From the NCBI GenBank assembly GCA_043744295.1, contig JAYTUZ010000161.1:34199-98198 (forward strand): a DNA stretch of 64,000 nt, written 5' to 3'. The DNA is from Gammaproteobacteria bacterium (lineage in GTDB: Bacteria; Pseudomonadota; Gammaproteobacteria; Steroidobacterales; Steroidobacteraceae). Shown here piece by piece: positions 30,292 through 37,899 of the stretch (positions are counted from its first letter, which is position 1; the number at the start of each line of letters is the position of its first letter). Position numbers and translations under genes: made by a program. Under the pieces are notes generated by a model. The model was given only the letters and a program-made list of their open reading frames with translations, had not been told where the DNA came from and did not search any database.

Positions 30292-32163
30292 TTAGCCCCC
30301 GCCAGCTACCAGCACTGCGGCGCGCGAGTTGGCGCCCAGTGCAGCACCGCCGCCAGGTTCGGCGATGGTCACATAGAACACACGCGAGTCCCTGCGTGTG
30401 GCATCGCCGACGATCAGCACCAGCAGGGTAACGCTGCTCACACCCGCGGGCATCTGTTCGGCGCGCGGACCGGAGGGGATGAAATCGCGTTCGGGCAGCG
30501 CACTGGCGCTTTCGGTAGACCACAGGAAGCTGACGTCACCACGCAGGCTGCCGTGCCGACGCACTTCAATATGCGCCGCTGGCTCGCCTGGCAGTACCGT
30601 GTAGCTGTCTGCGGCCAGCTCCAGGCTCGCGGGTAAATTGGGTGGCGGTCGACCTTCAGGGGGTGGTGCCGTGCGGGCGCTGGCCTTGGGCACCGCGCTT
30701 GCTGCGCCCACCGGCACGCTGATCCGGCCGTGACGTGCGGCTGAGGCAGCCATCAGCACTGGTTTGGGATCCTTTGTCGCGCTCTTGCGATCGGCTCTGG
30801 GCGGGGCGCTGGCCGCCGGGCTCAGCCAGTCGCCCAGTCTGCGCAGCGGGTTGGCCAAGGTGGTGGCCCGCAACTCTGACCAGCCTTGCGAAACGGCTTG
30901 CACCGAGGGCAGTCGATCGAGCACCGCTGCGGTGGCAATCGTCGCGCCCAGACAGGCGGCCAGCAGCTGGGGGCGCCGCAATCTGCGCCGCCGTGGCCCG
31001 GGCAGCGCCGCAAGCTGCGCTAGCGTCGGTAGTCGCTCGATGGCCTTGCCCAGACCCATGCGCGCCAGCCACCAGCTGACACCGACCGTACGATTCTCGC
31101 GCCGCCAGGCCAGTCCCGCACGCAGCGCCTGCCACGGGCCGCTGCGTACCAGTTTCGGGCGCCTGGGCAGCAGGGCGCGGCCGCGCGCCTGCGCTGCGGA
31201 AAGCCGGTTGAACGGATGGTGGCCGGAGAGCAATTCGAAACTGACACAGGCGAGCGAGTAAAGGTCGTCACGGCGATCGGCAAACTGGCCTTGCAGTGCT
31301 TCGCAACTGGCGTAGGCGTTGGTCTCAGGCGCGGCATTGTCGCTGGCGGTGCGCGCCGCTGCAAAATCGATGACGCGCACCCCGCCATGCTCGGTAATCA
31401 TGATGTGGCGCGGCTGCAGGTCACCATGCACGACGCCGCGCTCATGGGCGTACACCAGCGCCGCACCGACATCGCGGATAATCGCCAACGCCATGGCCTG
31501 CGGCAGTGGTTGTGCGCGCCGCCGCGCGAGCAGCACATCGAGCGTCTCGCCATCGAGCAGCTCCATGGTCATGAAGACCAGCGGTCCGTCCTGGTCGAGC
31601 TCGAATACATTGACGATGTGCGGATGCGCAAGCGACTGCGCACAGTGAAATTCGGTGCGCAGACTGGCGAGCGCGTCGGCACTGGCGAGCGCGCTGGGAT
31701 GAAACACTTTCAGCGCCACATACTGACTGGCCAGGGGCAGTTTGCCGCGGGTGCGATCGAGCGCACGGTACACGATGCCGCGCCGGCCACGCACCAGCGG
31801 CGTCTCGAGCACATAGCGATTGCTCAGGACAGTGGGTGCCGGCGGTGCCACTACCGTTGGCGCTGGCGCTACCGCTGGTGCTGGCCTCGATTGTCCGACG
31901 CCTTGCCGGCCCAAGCCGCGGCGATCCGCCGAGGACTTGAGCACGCGGAAGATTGGCGTCGGCAGCAGGCCGCGACGATGGTATTGATCGAGCAGCGCCA
32001 GCAAGGTCCACACTTCTTCGGCGTTGGCCTGGCAGAGTCGCGCGACATCTGCTTCAAAGTCTTCAAGCGTGATGGTGTGCTGCAGCAGCGCGTCGAGGCA
32101 GGCACGCAAGCTGGCGTGGCGCAGAGGTGCGATATCGGGGCGTGCAGCGTTTACCGCCTTCAT
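30292..32163 (-). CDS. Membrane-spanning Hanks-type Ser/Thr kinase-like protein with a degenerate catalytic loop and an extracytoplasmic Calx-beta-like domain
   Basis: Domain order: N-terminal ~90-aa helical region, then the kinase core, one TM (LLAACLGATIATAAVL), then a C-terminal domain. Kinase core motifs: VALK, HGDLQPRH in place of HRDLKPxN, DFA in place of DFG, SCE in place of APE, DLYSL. The C-terminal domain has a Calx-beta pattern (VSFLWSTESASALPERDF...VFYVTIAEPGGGAALG). ATG at 32163. Confidence 0.8.
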   Translation of the reverse strand: MKAVNAARPDIAPLRHASLRACLDALLQHTITLEDFEADVARLCQANAEEVWTLLALLDQYHRRGLLPTPIFRVLKSSADRRGLGRQGVGQSRPAPAVAPAPTVVAPPAPTVLSNRYVLETPLVRGRRGIVYRALDRTRGKLPLASQYVALKVFHPSALASADALASLRTEFHCAQSLAHPHIVNVFELDQDGPLVFMTMELLDGETLDVLLARRRAQPLPQAMALAIIRDVGAALVYAHERGVVHGDLQPRHIMITEHGGVRVIDFAAARTASDNAAPETNAYASCEALQGQFADRRDDLYSLACVSFELLSGHHPFNRLSAAQARGRALLPRRPKLVRSGPWQALRAGLAWRRENRTVGVSWWLARMGLGKAIERLPTLAQLAALPGPRRRRLRRPQLLAACLGATIATAAVLDRLPSVQAVSQGWSELRATTLANPLRRLGDWLSPAASAPPRADRKSATKDPKPVLMAASAARHGRISVPVGAASAVPKASARTAPPPEGRPPPNLPASLELAADSYTVLPGEPAAHIEVRRHGSLRGDVSFLWSTESASALPERDFIPSGPRAEQMPAGVSSVTLLVLIVGDATRRDSRVFYVTIAEPGGGAALGANSRAAVLVAGGG

Positions 32164-32173
32164 GCTCTTTGAC

Positions 32174-32644
32174 TTAATGTGGCGGTGTGGCACTGGCCGG
32201 TGTGGCACTGGCCGGCGCGGCCGGCGGCGTGGGGGTCGGGCTACCCGGCAACAGGGGCAGCGGCACGCCGACGCTCACACTGTCGACAAAGTAGGGCGTA
32301 TCGCCAAAGCAGCTCGAGGGCAGGCCAAGGTGCTCGTTGTAGTGCAACCGCACCCGTTCGCCCAGCACCGCGTTGAGTTTTTCGGCGACCTTCCGGTCGC
32401 GCACCGTGAAAGTCCAGATCTGCGGTGCCACGCCACTGACCACGTAAAGGGCGAGTTCGCCCTCATAAGTCTTGCACACCCAGCCCTTGCGCGAGAGTTT
32501 CTGCAGCACGCCGACGCGCTCGCCTTCTGAATACGACCACCACAGGGCCAGCAGCGTATAGGCGGCGAATAGCGCCAGCAGCAACAGCAGCAGGTAGGGC
32601 CAGCGACGGCCGCGAGGCGTCGGGGGGGTGGTGGCTTCTGTCAT
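32174..32644 (-). CDS. N-terminally anchored membrane protein with Pro-rich tail, unknown function
   Basis: ATG 32644. TM segment WPYLLLLLLALFAAYTLLALWW is followed by a conserved-looking SEGERVGVLQKLSRKGWVCKTYEGELAL domain. The C-terminus contains PASAT PASAT, encoded by a 2 x 15-bp tandem repeat. The stop lies 10 nt before the kinase start. Confidence 0.7.
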   Translation of the reverse strand: MTEATTPPTPRGRRWPYLLLLLLALFAAYTLLALWWSYSEGERVGVLQKLSRKGWVCKTYEGELALYVVSGVAPQIWTFTVRDRKVAEKLNAVLGERVRLHYNEHLGLPSSCFGDTPYFVDSVSVGVPLPLLPGSPTPTPPAAPASATPASATPPH

Positions 32645-32713
32645 GCGCACTCTCCAGGAGATGTGCGGATGATGCAGCAGTGCCCGTCGGCGTACAACCG
32701 CCGGCACTGGACT

Positions 32714-33868
32714 CTAGAAAGCACTGCGTCCGGTGAGTTCGCGGCCGACGCTCAGCTGGTGGATGGTTTCCGTGCCTTCATAGGTGATGACACTTTCAAG
32801 ATTGAGCATATGACGGATCGGGGCATATTCGGCGCTGATGCCGGCGCCACCGAGCATGTCGCGGCAATCACGCGCAATATCGAGCGCAGTGCGGCAGTTA
32901 TGCCATTTGGCCATCGACACCTGCACAGGCTTCATTTCGCCGCGATCCTTGAGGCGCGCAAGCTGCAGCGCCAGCATCTGCGCCGTGGTGATGCCGCGCG
33001 ACATCTCGGCCAGGCGTATCTGGATGGCCTGATTCTGCGCCAGCGGGCGGCCGAACAGCTCGCGCGTGGCGGTGTAATCGATCAGCTGCGCCAGGCAGGC
33101 CTGCGCCGCGCCGATCACGCCCCAGGCGATGCCGAAACGTGCCTGCGTCAGGCAGGAGAGCGGCCCTTTCAGGCCGCTGGCCGTTGGCAGGCGCTGCGAT
33201 TCGGGTACGCGCACTTCGTCGAAAAACAGCGCGCCGGTGTGCGATGCGCGCAGCGAAAACTTGTTTTCGATTTCGGTGGCGGTAAAGCCGCGCGTACCCT
33301 TGTCGATGATGAAGCCACGCACGCCTTCATCGGTATCGGCCCAGCAGATACAGACGTCGGCAATGGCGCCGTTGGTGATCCACATTTTCGAGCCGCTGAT
33401 GATCCAGTCGCCGCCACTGCGGCGCGCATGGGTCTGCATGTTGCCCGGATCAGAGCCGCCGTGGGGTTCGGTCAGGCCAAAGCAGCCGATCAGCTCGCCG
33501 CGCGCCAGGCGCGGCAGATACTGCTGCTTGTGCGCCTCGCTGCCGTAGGCCCAGATCGGGTACATCACCAGCGAGGACTGCACCGAGACAAAACTGCGCA
33601 GTGCCGAATCGCCGCGCTCCAGCTCCTGGCAGATCAGGCCGCTGGAGATGGCGTTGAGGCCCGCGCAGCCGTAGCCCTCGAGGCTGGCGCCGAGCAACCC
33701 GAGGGAGGCCAGCTCCGCGACCAGCTCGCGCGGAAAGCGATGCTGTTCGAAGCAGCCGCGAATGATGGGCAGTACGCGGCTGTCGACAAAGCGTGCCACG
33801 CTCTCCTGCACCAGCTGCTCATCGCTGCTCAACTGGCCGCGCAGGTCGAAGAAATCAAGTGCATTCAT
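32714..33868 (-). CDS. gcdH: Glutaryl-CoA dehydrogenase
   Basis: 384-aa acyl-CoA dehydrogenase. GFGLTEPHGGSDPG, MWITNG, and the C-terminal LNLESVITYEGTETIHQLSVGRELTG..AF pattern are typical of GcdH. It lies next to lysine-catabolic genes. Confidence 0.85.
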   Translation of the reverse strand: MNALDFFDLRGQLSSDEQLVQESVARFVDSRVLPIIRGCFEQHRFPRELVAELASLGLLGASLEGYGCAGLNAISSGLICQELERGDSALRSFVSVQSSLVMYPIWAYGSEAHKQQYLPRLARGELIGCFGLTEPHGGSDPGNMQTHARRSGGDWIISGSKMWITNGAIADVCICWADTDEGVRGFIIDKGTRGFTATEIENKFSLRASHTGALFFDEVRVPESQRLPTASGLKGPLSCLTQARFGIAWGVIGAAQACLAQLIDYTATRELFGRPLAQNQAIQIRLAEMSRGITTAQMLALQLARLKDRGEMKPVQVSMAKWHNCRTALDIARDCRDMLGGAGISAEYAPIRHMLNLESVITYEGTETIHQLSVGRELTGRSAF

Positions 33869-33898
33869 GTCGTGAGTCCGTTGCGATCGACGCGCTGT

Positions 33899-35404
33899 TC
33901 AGTCGACGGGGAATTCTACGCCTTGCGCCAGTTGCGCGGCGGAGGAGTAATTTACCGTCTGTGTCTGGCGGCGCATATAGGCTTTCCAGGAATCACTGCC
34001 GGATTCTCGGCCGCCGCCGGTTTCCTTCTCGCCACCAAAGGCGCCGCCGATTTCCGCGCCGCTCGGGCCGGTGTTGACATTGGCGATGCCGCAGTCGCTG
34101 CCGGTGGCGGACAGGAAGGTCTCCGCTTCGCGCATATCGTTGGTGAAGATGGCCGACGACAGGCCCTGGCGCACGGCATTCTGCAGTTCGATGGCCTCGG
34201 CAAAGGATTCGTAGGGCGCCACATAAAGTATCGGCGCAAAGGTTTCCTCGCTCATCACGGCAATGCCCGCCTCGGTTTCAACCAGCGCCGGACGCACATA
34301 GTAGCCGCCTGCCAGGCCGGCTGGCGTCAGGCGCTCACCGCCGATCACGCTCGCGCCCTGCTGGCGCGCGCTGGCCAGCGTGGCCTGCATGCGATCGAAT
34401 GCGGCGGCATCTATGAGCGGTCCCACCAGCGTGCCGGCCTCGAGCGGCGAACCCACGGCGAGGCTGGCGTAGGACTTGCGCAGCATCTCTCGCAGGCGCG
34501 CGCACAGGCTCTGGTGTACAAACAGCCGGCGCAGCGTAGTGCAACGTTGCCCGGCCGTGCCCACCGCGGCGAACACCACGGCACGCAGGGTCAGGTTCAG
34601 ATCAGCCGTGGGCGTGACGATGGCCGCGTTATTGCCGCCCAATTCGAGCAGCGAGCGGCCAAAGCGGGCCGCCACGCGCGGGCCAAGCGCGCGACCCATC
34701 GCCGTGCTGCCCGTGGCGCTGATCAGCGGCAGCTGCGCGGAATCGGCCAGCTGTTCGCCGGCCTCGCGCCGGCCAATGATCAACTGCGAAATGCCAGGCG
34801 TCGCGGCGGGAAACTCGGCAATGGTTGCCGTCAGCAGGCGGTGCAGCGCCAGCGCGCTCAGCGGTGTCTTTTCGGAAGGCTTCCAGATGAGCGTATCGCC
34901 GCAGACCAGCGCCAGGGCCGCATTCCAGGCCCACACTGCCATGGGAAAATTGAAGGCGCTGATCACGCCCACCGGACCCAGTGGCTGCCAGCGCTCGAGC
35001 AGGTGATGACCGGGACGCTCGGAGGCGATCGTCAAGCCGTAGATCTGCCGCGACAGGCCGACGGCAAAATCACAGATGTCGATGACTTCCTGTACCTCGC
35101 CGAGCCCCTCGCTCAGTATCTTGCCGGCTTCGAGCGAAATGAGTCTGCCCAGGGCCTGCTTGTTGTCGCGCACCCGCACTGCAAAGCGGCGCACCAGCTC
35201 GCCGCGCTGTGGCGCGGGTACGGCGCGCCAGCTCAGGAAAGCCGTGGCGGCCGCGTCGATTTTGGAGGCGATGGCGCTGCTGCCGTCGATGGGCACATGA
35301 CTCAAGGTCGAGCCGTCAATCGGCGTGCGCACCTCGAGGCCAGCCGCGGGTGCCGGCGAGGATGTCGATACGCCAGCCTGCTGCAGAATTGCCTGGTAGT
35401 TCAT
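33899..35404 (-). CDS. ALDH7-type aldehyde dehydrogenase (piperideine-6-carboxylate / alpha-aminoadipic semialdehyde dehydrogenase)
   Basis: 501 aa with LELGGNNA and GQRCTTLRRL catalytic contexts. The C-terminal ...TVNYSSAAQLAQGVEF resembles the ALDH7/AmaB tail (..NYS..LPLAQGIKF). Confidence 0.8.
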   Translation of the reverse strand: MNYQAILQQAGVSTSSPAPAAGLEVRTPIDGSTLSHVPIDGSSAIASKIDAAATAFLSWRAVPAPQRGELVRRFAVRVRDNKQALGRLISLEAGKILSEGLGEVQEVIDICDFAVGLSRQIYGLTIASERPGHHLLERWQPLGPVGVISAFNFPMAVWAWNAALALVCGDTLIWKPSEKTPLSALALHRLLTATIAEFPAATPGISQLIIGRREAGEQLADSAQLPLISATGSTAMGRALGPRVAARFGRSLLELGGNNAAIVTPTADLNLTLRAVVFAAVGTAGQRCTTLRRLFVHQSLCARLREMLRKSYASLAVGSPLEAGTLVGPLIDAAAFDRMQATLASARQQGASVIGGERLTPAGLAGGYYVRPALVETEAGIAVMSEETFAPILYVAPYESFAEAIELQNAVRQGLSSAIFTNDMREAETFLSATGSDCGIANVNTGPSGAEIGGAFGGEKETGGGRESGSDSWKAYMRRQTQTVNYSSAAQLAQGVEFPVD

Positions 35405-36510
35405 GTGCGTGGGCCCTCCGTGGTGCCCGGCTGGCGCATAGCGTAGATCTTGCCGAAACGGTTGGCGAGAAAATCGGCCAATGGAACATCTTCCTGGCGT
35501 ACAAACCCTCGCTGCGGCAGCTTACCCGCGGCCAGCAGATCGAGTACCGCACAGATTCCCGCGGCCGTGGTCAGCTGGATGGCGCTGCGATCGACGCCAT
35601 TGACGCGCTGACCGTAGACTTTGTTGGCGTAGGTTTCCTGCACCAGGCCACCTTTCTTGATGCCGGTGACGGTGACGAACACGATGACCACATCCTGCAG
35701 GGTGGTGGGCAGGGCACGTTCCAGGATGTCCTTGAGGACGTCGCGCCGCTCACGCAGCCGCAGATCCTGCAGCAGCGCCTTCATGATGGCGGCATGCCCC
35801 GGGTAACGGATGGTGCGGTAGTTGAGATTGCGCACGCGGCCGCGCAGCGTTTCGCACAGCGTGCCGACCCCGCCGGAAGTGTTGAAGGCTTCGTAGGTGA
35901 CGCCATCGAGCGAAAATTCCTCGCGCTCCTCGAGCGGCGGTGCGTTGACCAGTTCGCCGTTGGAGATTGCTTCGCACGGCTCGCAGTATTCGTTGATGAC
36001 GCCGTCGGTGCTCCAGGTGAGATTGTAGTTGAGCGCATTCGACGGGTACTGGGGCAGGGCGCCCACCCGCAGGCGTACGTCCTGCAATGAATCGAAATCC
36101 TTGGCCAGATCGTAGCCGACGATGGTGATGAAACCGGGCGCGAGCCCACACTGCGGAATGAAAGCCGTAGTGGCCGTGGTCGCCAGCTGGCGCACAAGCC
36201 TGGTGTTGGCCACGTCTTCGGTAAGATCCAGATAGTGCACGCCGGCCATGGCGGCGGCCTCGGCGATCTTGCCGGTTACCTGGAAGGGCGCAGCGCTGAG
36301 CACGGCATAGCGGCCGCGCAACGCTGCCGCAACGGCCTGCGGGTCGTTGACGTCGATCGCCAGGCACTCCACCGGCACGCCGCCCTGCAGGCGCTCGAGC
36401 TGCTCGCTCGATTTGTCGATGACCGCCACCTGATAGTCGCCGCTATGGACCAGCAGGTCCGCGATCATCTGGCCGATCTTGCCGGCTCCCACTATTGCCA
36501 CGCGCTGCAT
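35401..36510 (-). CDS. Saccharopine dehydrogenase family oxidoreductase, probable L-lysine 6-dehydrogenase
   Basis: ATG 36510. Rossmann motif VAIVGAGKIGQMIADLL. Saccharopine dehydrogenase N- and C-domains, about 369 aa. 4-nt overlap with the ALDH7-type gene. The substrate call is inferred from context. Confidence 0.65.
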   Translation of the reverse strand: MQRVAIVGAGKIGQMIADLLVHSGDYQVAVIDKSSEQLERLQGGVPVECLAIDVNDPQAVAAALRGRYAVLSAAPFQVTGKIAEAAAMAGVHYLDLTEDVANTRLVRQLATTATTAFIPQCGLAPGFITIVGYDLAKDFDSLQDVRLRVGALPQYPSNALNYNLTWSTDGVINEYCEPCEAISNGELVNAPPLEEREEFSLDGVTYEAFNTSGGVGTLCETLRGRVRNLNYRTIRYPGHAAIMKALLQDLRLRERRDVLKDILERALPTTLQDVVIVFVTVTGIKKGGLVQETYANKVYGQRVNGVDRSAIQLTTAAGICAVLDLLAAGKLPQRGFVRQEDVPLADFLANRFGKIYAMRQPGTTEGPRT

Positions 36511-36641
36511 GTTGATTCCCCGTTGACGATCGGCCGAGTGAAAACTGGCGCGTATCTTCGGCAAAGGCGCGACGAAAAGCAGCCCCGAAAACGTCAGCTT
36601 GACGAGACCTTTTCGTTCATTTGCCGTAACATCTCGGCACT

Positions 36642-37073
36642 ATGACGATAGACAGTATTGATCGGCGCATTATCGCCCTGCTGCGCGACAACGCCCGGGC
36701 CTCGACTGCGTACCTGGGCCGGCATCTGGGTCTGGCGCGAACCACGGTGCAGAGCCGCATTGAACGGCTGCTGAAACGACAGGTCATCGCCGGCTTCACG
36801 CTGCGCATGGGCGCGGAGCGTGAGCGCGGGCAGCTCACCGCCCACGTGATGATTACCGCCCTGCCCAAACTGCTGGCGCGCGTCGAAGCGACCCTGCGGG
36901 CACTGCCCGAAGTGCGCAAGCTCTATTCAGTCAGTGGCCAGCACGACTTTATCGCCGTGCTGGTGACCGATTCGGTCGGCGAAATGGACAAGATTCTCGA
37001 CCGCATCGGCGCACTGGCGGGCGTTGACCGCACCGATTCGTCGATCGTGCTCTCGACCCGCATCGATCGCTGA
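36642..37073 (+). CDS. Lrp/AsnC family transcriptional regulator
   Basis: 143 aa. HTH IDRRIIALLRDNARASTAYLGRHLGLARTTVQSRIERL plus a RAM domain. It is divergent from the lysine catabolic operon. Confidence 0.9.
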   Translation: MTIDSIDRRIIALLRDNARASTAYLGRHLGLARTTVQSRIERLLKRQVIAGFTLRMGAERERGQLTAHVMITALPKLLARVEATLRALPEVRKLYSVSGQHDFIAVLVTDSVGEMDKILDRIGALAGVDRTDSSIVLSTRIDR

Positions 37074-37089
37074 GCAGCACCCCTGGAGC

Positions 37090-37812
37090 TCAGGCGAGCG
37101 TGTGGAACACGCGCTGCACGTCGTCGTCCTGCTCGAGCTGATCGATCAGCTCGAGCGCCTCGGCGGCCTGCGCCTCCGGCAGTTCGATGGGCGCAGTGCA
37201 GATGTATTCATGCTCGGCCGAGAGCGGCGTGATGCGCCGCGCTTCCAGCACTTCCTGCAGCCGGCCAAAATTGGCAAACTCGCAGCGCAGTACCAGCTGC
37301 GCTTCGCCTTTTTCACCGCTGCTCTCACCCATTTCTTCCAGGCCGTGATCGATCAATTCGAGCTCGAGCTCGTCCTGGTCGATGCCGGCCGGATCGAGCC
37401 GGAATACGCCCATCTTCCTGAACTGAAAAGCCACGCTGCCGTTGGTGCCCAGGTTGCCACCATGCTTGGTGATGATATTGCGCACATGGGCGACGGTGCG
37501 CGTCGGGTTGTCGGTGGCGGTTTCCACCAGCAGGGCCACGCCGTGCGGCGCATAGCCTTCGTAGAGCACTTCGAGGTAGTGGGTGGCATCCCGGCCGCTG
37601 GCACGCTTGATGGCGGCCTCGACCTTGTCCTTGGGCATATTGACGGCGCGCGCATTCTGGATGATGCGGCGCAGGGTCGGGTTTGAAGCCGGGTCGGCAC
37701 CTCCGGTCTTGACCGTCATGGCGATATCTTTGGCGACCCGCGCAAACTGCTTGGCCATGCGGTTCCAGCGCGCGAACATGGCATGTTTGCGAACTTCGAA
37801 GATGCGACCCAT
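37090..37812 (-). CDS. YebC/PmpR family DNA-binding regulatory protein
   Basis: 240 aa from ATG 37812: [30 protein letters not shown]...[23 protein letters not shown], the YebC-family pattern. Confidence 0.85.
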   Translation of the reverse strand: MGRIFEVRKHAMFARWNRMAKQFARVAKDIAMTVKTGGADPASNPTLRRIIQNARAVNMPKDKVEAAIKRASGRDATHYLEVLYEGYAPHGVALLVETATDNPTRTVAHVRNIITKHGGNLGTNGSVAFQFRKMGVFRLDPAGIDQDELELELIDHGLEEMGESSGEKGEAQLVLRCEFANFGRLQEVLEARRITPLSAEHEYICTAPIELPEAQAAEALELIDQLEQDDDVQRVFHTLA

Positions 37813-37899
37813 GATTAGCGGTGTTCCTTTGGTCTTATGCTGTCGGCCTGGCTGCACCTGGGCGGCGCGAAGCTGTAGTGTATACGGGCTGATGGAGGG

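Noticed and set aside
32186-32215. Perfect 2 x 15-bp tandem repeat TGTGGCACTGGCCGG
   Set aside because: It lies inside a coding region and simply encodes PASAT-PASAT in a Pro-rich tail. With two copies only, it is not a CRISPR or satellite array. It is at most a minor length-variable tract.
32663-35446. 927-aa ORF on the plus strand
   Set aside because: It is antisense to gcdH and the ALDH7-type gene, both of which have clear catalytic motifs. It has no motif content of its own.
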